Origin: Bigelowiella natans CCMP2755
Lineage: Eukaryota > Protista > Cercozoa
NCBI GenBank assembly: GCA_000320545.1
Contig: ADNK01000004.1
Location: 37,844 to 101,843 of the forward strand
Length of the DNA: 64,000 nt
Direction of reading: 5' to 3'
The translations under genes were made by a program, and so were the position numbers. Shown here in pieces: positions 12,755 to 25,064 of this stretch. How positions within the stretch are numbered: the stretch's first letter is position 1; each line of letters opens with the position of its first letter. The notes under the pieces were generated by a model, which worked only from the letters and a program-made list of their open reading frames with translations, was not told where the DNA came from and ran no database searches.

Positions 12755-14371
12755 TCATAAAGCATATCTTATAACGAGGGACAAAATCACAACGAACGCT
12801 GCTAGCTCGAAGTATCTGAAAGTGATTCCTGATTTTGTAACGGATGCAGTAGCTTGTAAACCATATCCACCATCTGTTGAGTTCGCAGATTGACTTCTAT
12901 TTTGATATTTTTCCTACATAGAAATAAGGCCAGTAGGATAATTTTGGATTAGCCACTGATTGTTACATTAGACAAAACTCGTCCATTACCACTTGCATCT
13001 GAAGCTCATTTATCCTCTTATCTTTTTCGGCTATAATCTTGGAATTGCTACCACCGCCAATTTTTAACTCCGCCATAGTCTTTTTTAGTTCTTCATTCTC
13101 ATTCGCGAGCTTCACCGTGTAAGTCATTAGCTGAAGGAAGAAGAAGAATTAAGTTTGGATACAGTTGTCAATTGAAAACAGTGAGTTTGAGGATAAGCTC
13201 CAAAAACAGCCACCTCCTCATATTCATCACGCTTGCGTTGCAATTCCCGTTGCATTTCCTTCAGTGTGTTCTGGTCGCTGCGAGAGTCATCCTACCATGA
13301 CACAGAACCGTGACCAAAGTATATGAGCGAGGATCGTTCAGAATTGGAGAACAACTTTCTTCTAGAATAGTTGAATTTTTATCGATGCACACAAACATTA
13401 ACAACCGCCAATCAATATTATAATACCCTGTCTATTTTTTGAGGCTCTTTGTACACCGGCCCCGTGGAACGTTCATAGTCGGTGGCGCGGTTTGTGCTAT
13501 TGGTAAAGCTATCATCAACCGCCTTAACGTTAGGCTTTTCTGGGCTTGCATTAACGGCTAATCCTGGAACCTGCAGGCGACATTTGATTTTCTGCTGGTA
13601 ATAGCTGTGTAGGACACGGAATAAGAGATGAAGATAAGGACACAATATGGCGGTTGGTAGAACAATTAGAATTAATTAAGGAAAGGAACATTCTTCTTCG
13701 TTAATGCTCATTTTCACTACGGACTAGGTTCCTGGAGGCTGCCTCTTCTGCTTCGTTTCCAAATCTTTCCACTAAAAAGAAAAGTAATTTGAGATACCAC
13801 ATGAAAGGAGTTGTATTGTTCTGGGATGTTTAATCCAATTGGTGAAGAGAACAACCATGGTGGATATGTCCTTCGGCTCACTGGTCAGGACGGTGTGCAT
13901 AACGAGAAATTTATCTGTGACATTCTTGTCAGGTAACTGTTCCATGGGTTCGATGACAATTTTGACATCTCCATGGCTCCGGGGCTGCAGTATTCCGTGG
14001 TTGTTCCTGGATAATACCAAAGAACAATCATGCTCCGGTCGAATGTTCAATGAATACTTCCAGCTGAGAATCACAGGTCATCATATAACGCACCCGACGG
14101 AGTAGCGCTCTGGATGCCTAGTTTTCACTTTGTATGTCACAGTTTTGTCGCTGACATTAAAGATCTGGAAGATTCCCAAGCTCTTCTTATTCGGGGTAAC
14201 TGGAAGAAAGACACATAATTATACAAAACGATTTTTTTTTTAAATATTGAAGAGAAACATTTGGCTGCATTGCATGAAGTTCATGAGATCAAAAAAGTGA
14301 TGGCAAACTTAGAAGCTTCAACTTGACGCACGTGTGAATCTCAGTGAGGACTCGACTCTAATGAGGTCCAT
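12755..14371 (-). CDS. VAP: VAMP-associated protein (MSP domain, coiled coil, C-terminal TM anchor)
   Basis: Spliced: MDLIRVESSLRFTLTPNKKSLGIFQIFNVSDKTVTYKVKTRHPERYSV..HGILQP..DKFLV..WKDLE..QQKIKC; coiled coil LKEMQRELQRKRDEYEEL; tail anchor YFELAAFVVILSLVIRYAL*. One intron requires a GC donor. Confidence 0.88.
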
Positions 14372-15340
14372 GATAGAAGCTCTGCAAACCACCTGGAAAG
14401 GATTACATTGAATGCTTAGTCATTAATACACCACACAACATTTCAGGAATACTGATTTCCGTTTTTTTATCAATGATAAAGGAAATTTTTGGATAAAGGC
14501 TTAAAGTAATGATCGGAAAGGTTCAGCGAGCGAAGGAATCTCGAACGAAACCTCCTCGAAACCAATGTGATGTTCGCTATCCCATCTTACCCTCCGCACA
14601 TATTCCCACGCATAGCAATATCCATTCAAAACTAGAATTGATAGTCAAGCGATCATCGATACTTTTCAAGGGGTCTCCATCAAGCAGCTCATAACCCCCC
14701 CTACCCCTTCCATCTTGCGATCATAGTACCAATCAGGATGCCGAAAGCAGTGTGGAGGTCAATATGCAAAATGGCCTGGATTTACGACAGTTTGCGCCAA
14801 CAAGGAGCAGCTATCCAAGTTAAAGGCGACACGTATGTCGTAGCTTACGAATGACGTAAACTTTAGACAAATCATTGTTGTCGTCGCCTGCAATGCGATT
14901 GCCAATATTTCTAGCGACAGCTTAGTTAAACAAGCACTCGCATGGAATACTAGGCAAAAGAATTAGGATATTTATCCGATACCTGCTTGATGCAGAAGAT
15001 CGTACCAACATTTCCCTCTCCGTACCTCCACTGCAGCTGACTGACAGCTCTCAGTGCCAACGAGCTCTCTGTATAGCGAAGGTACTCTTGAGCAAGTCCA
15101 ATTGGCTTGAAAGAACGTTACCCCAGACCCATATACATGCTGGCATGGACACCTGTTTTCTGAAGAACACGTGCACATCTTCTTCAAGCTCGTAGAATTC
15201 TTGTTCGCTACTGCTTTGACTGAATTGAGTGATTAGCGTCAGATCTGAGTACCTGACGCACAACATATTCATTCGTAAATATCCTTTTTGATGCATTATA
15301 TTCATCTTTACCATCTAGTGCGTGGAGCTGACCGGGAATT

Positions 15341-17053
15341 ATGCTGGGAGACGCCAAGTTCGAAAAACTGGACGATGATCTCGAGCTGGTGACGGGGAGT
15401 CACGTCGAGTTAAAGGAAGGGATTGATCAGAAAAGTCGTGATAGTCGCGAGATACTGATTGGTATGAGGGAAAACGAGGCAAAAGAGTCTGCCATACAGT
15501 CTGGCCTTATGATTGAAGAACCGACCTTCACAGAAGTATGGTGTGAGAAAGGTTTCATCTCAAACGTCATTACTTTTGCCATTCTCATTATTGGCTTGCT
15601 AATGAGAATTGGCAGCTCTGGTACTTAAAAACATACGATTATAATGTATGGTCATGCTAGGATGATGTATATTGACGTTCAGAAAACAACACTTTTGCAC
15701 GATATGTGCTGACGTTCGGGCTATTTGGCTTCTCGGTATACAAATAACTGGATTTGTCAACTTTATGAGCCAATTTCAGTTTACTGATCGGATTAGGGAG
15801 GAGTAACAAACTGGCTCGCTGTCAAGATGCTTTTCGATAAAATACCGTTTCTCTACGGATCCGGAGTCATTCCCAGAAGGTACGGACAAAAATGTTTCTT
15901 CTCTGGTGCGACTGCTGATTACCCTGTCATTCAGGTTCAAAGAGATTCGTGAGGCGGTCAAAAAGACTATTATGGTTATATTTGATGTTTACAAATGTAG
16001 CAGAATTGCAAGGTTGCTCACAATCTTTGCTGATATGTATTTCCCTCCTTTGGCAAATAAACAGACTGCTTTCTTCAATCCTGAGTTCTTGAAGAAGTAC
16101 TTAGCGAATCAAATTGAGGAATTCGAGCTCGAAGGTTAAATAAGAGTATTCATGATGAATTAATACACTACTGTTGATAATGAAAGTTGCTGTCTGCTAA
16201 ACTCTTCAAGGATTGATCAAGAAAACGATGGAGTCCGAATCGGTGAGCGGCATTAATTCGGAGAAAGTTCTTACTTGTTTCTAAATAATTCTTTCCGTGG
16301 ATATTGGTAGATGGGTAAGCTTATTGACGAGCAATTGAACAATGCGTTCAACTCTGACGAAGGTACTGTCTGAAATCGAGGAGGTCAACAAGAGATCCAT
16401 AGAATGATAATTGTGCGCATACTTCTGTTAGTAAAAATGCTGCTGAGTATGGCCGGAATCAATCCAATGATGATTCAGGCAGTGGTAAGTAATATGTTTT
16501 TCAAAAGGTAAATAATAGTAAAATTAAGGGGAAATATCTTGATCCTTAGGTGCCTTTGTTGAAACCTTTCATCACCAACATGGCTGGTTCCGTAGCTCCA
16601 AAGGTACTTAGTTTTGCCGGCCGAGCGAGATAGTGATAAACTGCGACTAATACCCTCAGCTTAAGGAAATGGCTGTAGAGAAGACTTCAGACAAAAATAT
16701 AGAGATAATCCGGGGCGAAATCGACAAGGTTGAATCTTTGCTGAATGAAGAATGCATTCACAATCGAATGATGTCTTTGAAAGATCAACGGATGCTTGTT
16801 AAGAGAAATTCTTTCGTAAATATCAACACATAGATGATGACAGCAAAGTTAAAGCTTTTAACTCCTGAGATGGTAAAAAAGCTTCTTGAGGAGGTAGGCG
16901 TGCTTGTTGTTGTGTTACTTGTGTGTTTAAATTCTTGATGAATAACCTTTTTCATACCAGGTCATGAGAAAGCATCTTTCATGGTTAGTTATATGGGGAA
17001 ATGTCTTTGGAGCTTTAATCGGCGTATTCTGTGCTGTACTTAATATACCTTAG
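15341..17053 (+). CDS. DUF445-family membrane protein, ~12 exons
   Basis: Spliced motifs GLFGFSGGVTNWLAVKMLFDKIPFLYGSGVIPRRFKEIR and LTPEMVKKLLEEVMRKHLSWLVIWGNVFGALIG; all introns GT-AG. Confidence 0.88.
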
Positions 17054-17628
17054 TAATGCTCTGACAGTACCATGGCCATTCGTTTGAATTGATAAACACA
17101 TAGCGATTATTCCACTCTAGATGATCTCGTGTCTAGCTGCTGTACGCGTAGGCTACACACACTAATGTAGCTGAGGTATGTAGGGCCGTAATGCGTACAC
17201 AGCGCAGCACGGCTCCTCACCTAGTCATGATGGGGTGCAAGTTCACGATGTTAAGATGCGGTGCTGCGTGCTAGGTGCATGAACGCCATCGTTGTGCTGG
17301 ACACAGCCGTAGTCGATGTTTATTGTGCTTGTTTCTTTCAAGCACATTTGTGCAGCTGTGGTGCATTGCATGCAAATCAGTAGTCGTGCTGAAAGGCGTG
17401 CCTGTCATGTCTAGTATCGTATGTCTGATCATTGGAACATGTGTTGACGCCTTTAAGAGGTTCCATATGCACAACATATATGCATCTATGCATCTGATTG
17501 CGCAATCAAATGAGCGCGATCATGAATCGCAACGACGACACGAACCGGCTGACAAAGGCTGAAAAGGACTCCAGAACTGCTGCGCGCAGTGCGCGGCAAC
17601 ATCGGTCGCATGAGGACGCTTTCAAATG

Positions 17629-17750
17629 CATGAAGCACGTGGTGGCAGAAACGAATAGATGCAACATTAGCGCTGTAGCCGCTGCATTGCACAGCTACAT
17701 CAGGATGACCATTGAAAAAAATTAATTCTTCATTACATCCGTCTCATATA
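17629..17750 (+). repeat. Dispersed ~120 bp repeat, copy A
   Basis: CATGAAGCAC...GCTGTAGCCGCTGCATTGCACAGCTACATCAGGATGACCATTGAAAAAA...TTCATTACATCCGTCTCATAT; matches copies B-E. Confidence 0.85.
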
Positions 17751-18001
17751 TGCATCTGACTGACATGTGTTGTTAATTTTCACTACATGTGTGGAATTTA
17801 GCAACACATATGCCTAGATGCACTCATGGTGGCATTAGGCTTGTGCGGTAATAATGGACGCTGGAATCAACTACACACAACTCATATCTAGATATAGCAG
17901 ATTCCTCGTGTCTGTTGCAAAGTGGTTGCGAAAGGTGTGTGCTCAGTGCAAGCATGAGATTTGAGCAATATCATGCGCTGGTTTTCATTATTGTCGCTGG
18001 G

Positions 18002-19300
18002 CTATATCGGATGATAATCTGGAGAGTTTTGTGCGGTTTTCTTTTCCAATAGACCCTCCTTCTTCTTAGCGAGTGAAGTCATTTGTACTCTCTCTTGTGA
18101 TCTCCGATTGACCTCTAAAGACGCCCCACGCCTTCTACATGTTTTTGGCCATTGCGGAGCGTAGGAAGGATGAACCAAGAGAATAGCGTAGCAAAACGAC
18201 GACGCTATGAGTACTACATGGCAGACGATGTACCTAGGTGTAAGATGTTGTAAGATGGGTCAATGCAACTTCTTTCGAAACATGAAACTTGTTTTTGTAG
18301 ACAGTAATAGTTCATTAGGAATCTTTGTTGATAAACCATTGCGTCTCGTGTAGCAGCGTCGTGTCGCAAGATTCGGAGGGTCCACTTCCTCTCCGATTTC
18401 GACCGAAGACCAGTGCTGCGCCCGCCAATATCGCAACAAATCTGCATGTAAGATAAAAGGGAAACAGTTAGCGAACAACACGTGGCCGATCAGTGAACTA
18501 TGTGTGTGTATGTGTGTGTGTGTGTGCGCGCGCGCGCGCTTTTATCAAATGTTTGTTCATTCAAAGAATTCTAAGCTCGATGTAGTCATCACTGCATCAT
18601 CATCAAATTTAAGCGTGGGCATTCTTACAGACTTTGCGAACGCGGCAACAATCAACGCTGGCGCAAACCATGCCCGTAGAAATTTCCAACGCTGAAATGA
18701 GTAAATCATGGCTATTTATCTCGGATTATATAATTTTAACCGTATGAATTAGTCGGTCGAAGAAAACTCTCACCTTTGGCTTGAATATCAATCCTACGGC
18801 ACCAACTGTCTGTACAATCTGCAGCACCCCGAAGGAAATCATTAAGACCTGCAGATTCCTTTCGCAATGAACCTCGACTGTGGGAGAAGGAAAGAGTAAC
18901 GATAGATGGCGTGAGAACAATGTTTAATAATCCAGAGTTTCGAATTTGTATTCCAGACCACCCAATAGCAACAATAATGCGCGACACGGTTCAAAGGCGA
19001 TATGGTAACATTCGGCGCAAGCACAATAACTAAATTGTTGGAAATATCTATCGATTCAGGTGTGTTCCTTCGATCGTGGAATGGACTGAGTCTCCTACTT
19101 TTAGTGAGGCCAGCAAGTATCCCATAGACACCGACTAGCAGTTCAACAACGGCCAGTGTGATTACGGTACATATCGGGCAGGCTCGAAGGCATCTGGATA
19201 CAAGAACACGGCAACACACAATGTACTTCATCCAACAAGTTGTCGTTGTACAAATTATCCTCTACTGTAACAGTAGTAGTGGTAATGAAAGAATACATCT
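18002..19300 (-). CDS. Four-TM membrane protein with Cys-containing loops (TMEM272-like layout); 5' end uncertain, possibly extending to ~20060
   Basis: Spliced: TVITLAVVELLVGVYGILAGLTK IEVHCERNLQVLMISFGVLQIVQTVGAVGLIF..AWFAPALIVAAFAKFVAILAGAALVFG..SESCDTTLLHETQWYIVCHVVLIASSFCYAILLV..DYHPI*. Confidence 0.6.
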
Positions 19301-20814
19301 CTGCGGCGAAAATACGATATATTTCTCTCACCGGGTCGGCGAGGGACAGCTCTCTCCTAGGGAGCTGAGACACGAGCTACAAAGTAGCAGGGCAAAATTA
19401 ACAGTCATCCGTTCAGTACAGTAGTAACAATGACATCACTCATGCATAATAGACACCATGTGGTTGGGGAACCTGAGCTCGTATTCCAATGCATCTTTTC
19501 TTTGTAGAGGCATGACGCCTTCAAGGGACCTCGCACCGTAACTTCGATGGAGTGCTCCACTATTCACCAGACACGCAAACAAATGTATAAGCGCGAAACC
19601 ATCACCCTTGAAAATTTTTAGAAAGATTCTGCAGGCGAGAATAGTGTAAATAGGGAGTTATGGGATACAGAATAGAGGGAAAATTCACCGCCCAACACAC
19701 TGTTACTCGCATTCATTCTAGTAATGTGGAGACCATGCACCATACTTCGCCAGCAAGTATGACGATTTCCACGTCCGAGTCAACAAAATTTATTTAGAAA
19801 ATCAGTGCATAGAAAAATGGCTATTGTTGGAATCTGACTCAGAATGAGCGAGGAATGGCACTTCGGGCCCTGGCTCAAAATCTCCCGTCTCCACCATCTA
19901 GACACACTCGAACCTGCGGTATCATACACGAAATTCTTCTGTTAGAATATCAAAGAGTTTATGCCACAAAATTAGAGAGGGTTCGTTGGATGGGTTGTGG
20001 TGAGGAGTCAACGCATACGTCGGCAGGCAGGGCAATGCGGCCATCGTTGGTGGAGCCGGTCTCATTGGTTCTGATCTCGGTTCCCGTTTCGAAAAGGAAT
20101 GAAGAAGAAATTTCACAGAAGTTCTTCCTCGAATTCGCCCATCGTTCTTTCTTTTATTCACCAGAATAATAACAACAATAAAAAAACAAGGCAAGCCATT
20201 TATGATTGATGGCTGAAAACACCGGTTAAAAATGATCACAAAATACACATGGTAACTTCGAATGTAAAAAGGGTCGAGGGGAGAGTCGTACGATAAAAAT
20301 TCCCTGATTTTATCCCCAATACATAAGGACTTAATTTGACCAAAGGACCGCTGTGCAATAGATCTAGATCTAGATCTAATAAATACAATAATAGGAACTA
20401 GTGTCCAACTTTTTGACACTGTGCAGTAATATCGTTTCATCAGTCACTAGATCTAATAATAGAATGCTTCCGACAGGTGTGACATCATAGACTAGATCTA
20501 CTTCTAGGCTAAAATGCAGCCACTTTTTTCTTCTTTTTTTGGTGCACAAGCAGTCCACGGGAAAGAGAAAGAGATTTTCTTGCAGGCGACGACGACGCAG
20601 TGAGATACTTCTCTCAGCCGAAGGTTTCCACTTCCAAAATTACCGGCACGGATCCTTTTGAAACAATTCAAATGTCGAAGAAATTTCTGACGTAGTTAAC
20701 ATTTGAATTAATTGTACTCTTTACGGAGAAACCAGTAGATCTTAACCTGCTCTTCAAGCGTGAGTTGTGCCACTGGTTTGAGTTCCATTGCTTCATCATC
20801 TCGCTGTGGAATTC

Positions 20815-21753
20815 ATGGGTGCGTCGAAAAACGAACATGTAGCAAAGGCCGTGCTTCGTGCAGCGGAGAGCGTATGCTCCGAGGGTCAGCAGGGAAAAGT
20901 TTCCAAAAAGGGCGACCTCCAAACTCCCGGACTCATTTTGCCTTTGGGGCTTGTGGCTCTTGAAATTGCTCTCGTGAAGAGAGTATGGGGCAAGGAATAT
21001 GAGACCATGGACAACGCTTTCGCTACCTGTTCATACGTGTACCCGCTGGTCACTTCTGTCTTGTATCTGTCGCTCATAACTGTAGGCCAGGCATTGATGA
21101 AGAACCGCGAGCCTATGCACGATTTCTGCAAGCCTTGTATGGTTGTCTACAATCTATATCAGACTGTTTTCAACACGTGGTGGGTGGTGATGGTTATTGT
21201 TGAGGTAGCCCGGCTTGGATATCCGCCTTTTACCCTCCCTCTTACCCTGAAGTCTGATCAGTACAACCTTGGTTTCCTCATCTGGCTGCACTATCAAAAT
21301 AAATACCTGGAAATGTTTGACACCGTGTTTATGGTGATGAGGAAGAAGACGAACCAAGTGAGCTTCTTGCATTGTTACCATCATCTTCTCCTCTTATGGG
21401 CTTGGTTTGTGGTATGCCGCTTCGGTTGCGGTGGGGAGGCATACTTTGGAGCTCTGATGAATTCCATCATCCACGTTTTGATGTATGGGTACTACTTCCT
21501 CTCAACCCTTGCAATTCCCGTCCCTTGGAAAAAATACCTCACCAAGCTCCAAATGCTGCAATTTGCTGTATGTCTCGTACACACGCTTGTTTGCTCCTAC
21601 ATCAACCTTTATCCGCGTGTGCTTGCAGCGGTCGAAGTGTGGGTGATGGTAAACATGCTGTACCTTTTTAACGAATTCTACAAGAGAGCTTACGCTGCTA
21701 AAAAGGCCAAACAGAAGGCTGCTGCAGTTGCCTCTTCGAAGAAGGAGCAGTGA
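20815..21753 (+). CDS. ELO: ELO/GNS1-SUR4 fatty acid elongase, PUFA (delta-5-like) subfamily, intronless
   Basis: KYLEMFDTVFMV, QVSFLHCYHH histidine box, NSIIHVLMYGYY, KKYLTKLQMLQF, LFNEFY and a C-terminal dilysine-type ER signal KKEQ; first ATG 20815. Confidence 0.95.
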   Translation: MGASKNEHVAKAVLRAAESVCSEGQQGKVSKKGDLQTPGLILPLGLVALEIALVKRVWGKEYETMDNAFATCSYVYPLVTSVLYLSLITVGQALMKNREPMHDFCKPCMVVYNLYQTVFNTWWVVMVIVEVARLGYPPFTLPLTLKSDQYNLGFLIWLHYQNKYLEMFDTVFMVMRKKTNQVSFLHCYHHLLLLWAWFVVCRFGCGGEAYFGALMNSIIHVLMYGYYFLSTLAIPVPWKKYLTKLQMLQFAVCLVHTLVCSYINLYPRVLAAVEVWVMVNMLYLFNEFYKRAYAAKKAKQKAAAVASSKKEQ

Positions 21754-22744
21754 AGATGCTCTGCTATTTGGGGATATTATTTTATTTGAATATACAATTA
21801 GATTTATGCATATTTGCAACACAGTGGTATTAGTAAACAGAATAAAGCGCAGGAGTGGAATATTAATGTGTGAGGTTCTAGATTTTTACGTGATTCCTCT
21901 CACAGACCTGGCTCTTTGGCCGATTCATTTGTAGCGAAGCCTCTAAGAGGCTGATTTTCTGCATGAAGATGTGGGATAGTGTTTCACGACGTTGCCCGTT
22001 AGTTGGCTGTACATAAAATCCTTTGGCATTCTAGGAAATCACTCAATATTGGGATTGTGTATATAATGTAGTGTTATAGATTATCAGTAAGTAGCAATGG
22101 TAGTGTTCAATGTAGTTTCAAAGACGCTACTTTGCAGTAAGGAAGTAAGCTTGCATGATCATTACCGTAGCTGCTTTTGTACCCAAGTACCTAAGAGATG
22201 TCCACGTAGTAATTTTTAAATGCAAGTTATTTTGTCATGAAAATGATGTCGGTGGCATTTACAGCATGATCGATGCGCACTGCGAGAGATAGCGTGCCAT
22301 GAATCAGTGTTGACGGAATGCGATGCAATGTCAGAAGCGATCTCATGCATCAGACACATCACACATGCATGCATTGTATGCTAGCATGCAGCTGTGAAAC
22401 ACAACAATGCGCAGCTAGGCAGTGCTGGACTTAACACTACATGCACATTATGTTTGGCCATGCACGGCACAGTCACTCGCATCGCGCTGTGCATGAAAGC
22501 TGGGCAGACATCGCGACTGCGCGCATGCTAGCATGTGTGCTGCCGTGCAATGAATGCCTTGCAAAGCCACACACATGCAGCCGAGAAAAATACTAACCAA
22601 AAAAATCACTGCAATTTTCGACAGATGAAATGACGACACCAATAAAGATTTGACCAAGAAAAGCACACAACACAAACACGCTCGCTCACGCGCTGGGCAC
22701 ATCGCAGGTTGTCACGGGCGCAACTGCAATGCCACATTCGCAAA

Positions 22745-22866
22745 CATGAAGCACATACTCGCCAAAATAACAAACACAATCTTAGGACTGTAGCCGCTGC
22801 ATTACATGGCTACAGTAGGATGACTATTGAAAAAATGTAATCATTTTAGCTACATCCGTCTCATAT
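22745..22866 (+). repeat. Dispersed ~120 bp repeat, copy B
   Basis: CATGAAGCAC...CTGTAGCCGCTGCATTACATGGCTACAGTAGGATGACTATTGAAAAAA...TACATCCGTCTCATAT. Confidence 0.85.
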
Positions 22867-23082
22867 CTGCAGTGCACGTAGATATATCACTAGCGCAGCT
22901 TAGCTGCCTTGTCGAAATGCTACGATACTCTAGAACTGACAAATATGGAAGATAGAATGCTTTGTACCTACGACATAAGTAGCTGTGGTTTGTTATTGTG
23001 ATGCGAAACATTACTCAACGCAACGATGTTTATCAGGGAGCTTTATTTGGCCAAGATAAACATAATACTCGCGATAATCAAA

Positions 23083-24018
23083 TCAAGAATTATAGTATGC
23101 AAGCAAGTCCTCTGCTGCTCCTGCGCCACTCAAATAAGAAGTTTCGATCCTCCCCCCCGGAATTGCAAGAAAGTCCCCTGCGAATATAAGTCTTGCTTGT
23201 GCATGGATCCTAAATGGCTTTGAAGATGTCGGTGATGGTATATTTGCAGGAAATGCGGCTCCCCATCGGTGCAGTGCAGGTCCATAGCAAGCCCGCCCCT
23301 TCGGTGCCTCGACTCCGATGCTTGAACAGACCTTTTCAAAGGACGAGAGAAGTGTGCCGATGACGCTGCCGTATTATACACCAAAGCCTCAGAAAAAAGT
23401 AAATCGAGTTGACTAACTCAAGGATGTTTGACAGGAAAACGAATCTATTCATAATGCTGATGATGCATAGCTAGTTTACCTTTTCTCGTCCTTTGAATCA
23501 CTTCGTGCACCCATGGCCTCCGCAGTGCCCCCACGCCCGTGTGTCTTAGCGGCAGAATGTGCAAACTCATGCGTCGAATGAACAATTACAGTGTGATAGC
23601 CCCCATCTGTGGTCACTATTATCTTCGCAACCGCGGTATCATTCCGCACATGTAATAGATTAGCCGGGAATTTGTCGAGTGCAGCACTACCCTTCTCAAA
23701 AGCCTGAAGTTTAAGATGCTCTCAGCAAAGGCGTATATTAAAACATCCTTATTGTGAAATATTAAAGCGTATGGGAATACAAATAACTCCAAATTGTGGT
23801 GTCCATGAAACACATCACATAAAGTCACTCTTCCAGATGCCCGAATACGATAAAAATTTACTCAATGTAGCTTGTATACCTGCATGACGACGAAAACGGG
23901 ATCTCCCCGCAGCTGTCCAATCTCATCTAACGTTGCTGATAAGCCCTTGTCGCCTGTGGAACCAGGAGGGCAACAAAGCCAGAACTAATGTGCGTGCATG
24001 TGCGTGCGTGCATGTGTG

Positions 24019-24105
<87 letters not shown>

Positions 24106-24855
24106 CTAGAGCTCGTGCTGCTGTTTCTAAGGGGGGAGGTCCTCCATATATGTCCGTCCATCGCTTATGTACGACTGACGAACTGGTAACCTTTCATGAC
24201 AAATCATACGGCTTTACCTGTGTAAAAGTAAATATAGGCGGAAAATGTACTCAACTGCCAACCAATCGTACTCGCCGAGATCTTCGCCGTTCCTGCCTAT
24301 AAGAGACCACGACTGCGGTAGGTAGGGTACCGTAAGAACTTTGATGCTTAAAAACAACCTGATCACTCAATCAACCTTAGTTTTGTCCGAGAACTTGAAG
24401 TCTTTAACCATAGTTCGGAATCGGCATTTGAATTGTTCATCCTCTAAGCCATTAATCAATCCTTCGCAGAGCGAGGACATGGCAGGGGCCCCCCTGTAGA
24501 ACATGGTTGGCGATGATGTTGGCATGGTAAGCTTCCCGCTGTTCGCATCGAAGCTCCCAGTTATCATGTCCTTCCAGGGTGCAACATGTCCTGTTGCTTC
24601 CATTTCGGATATCATGTTTTTAAATTCCTTCGAAAGTGCATCGAACGCTGGTGCTCCATGGTTAATCGCTAGCCCTTCGAGCTTGGAATCTGAGGATCTT
24701 CTCGTGGCTGTGCGACCCCCAAGACCTCTTCCCATTTCAAATAGCGTTGTCTTGATCGCTGGCGTTCCCGACCCTTTCGAAAGGAGGGAAAGTGTTCGGG
24801 CCAGCGAGCAGCCTGCAACGCCGCCACCGACTATCCCCACACGTGTGGCCGCCAT
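23083..24855 (-). CDS. Renalase-like FAD/NAD(P)-dependent oxidoreductase, 6 exons
   Basis: Rossmann motif VGIVGGGVAG, FEMGRGLGGRTATRR, NHGAPAF, YRGAPAMSSLC, HRWGAAFP, AGDF..GRIETSYLSG; canonical introns. Confidence 0.9.
23990..24101 (+). repeat. Compound (TG)n(AG)n microsatellite in an intron
   Basis: Direct reading of the sequence. Confidence 0.95.
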
Positions 24856-25064
24856 TTGGTGTCTGGTCGTAAACAGACCGGTGATTTTTAGTCTAAAAAG
24901 ATCTGAAATAATCGATGAAAAGCGCATGTCGCAATAATGAAATAGCCTCGATTTAGGGCCATGATAGCGGCCTCAGCGCCTCCTATGGTGCTCACAGAAT
25001 CCGCGAAAATCCATTCCCCAAAACCCAGTTCGCTACAATTTCGAGTGTGACATAGTCGGGAGCG

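Noticed and set aside
14700-15320. Short ORFs between VAP and DUF445
   Set aside because: No coherent spliced frame or domain; more likely promoter or 5' UTR.
17701-17745. SECIS or tRNA/SINE identity for the dispersed repeat
   Set aside because: ATGA...AA is present but there is no matching 3' GA quartet, no upstream in-frame TGA selenoprotein, no A/B boxes or cloverleaf, and it occurs in both orientations.
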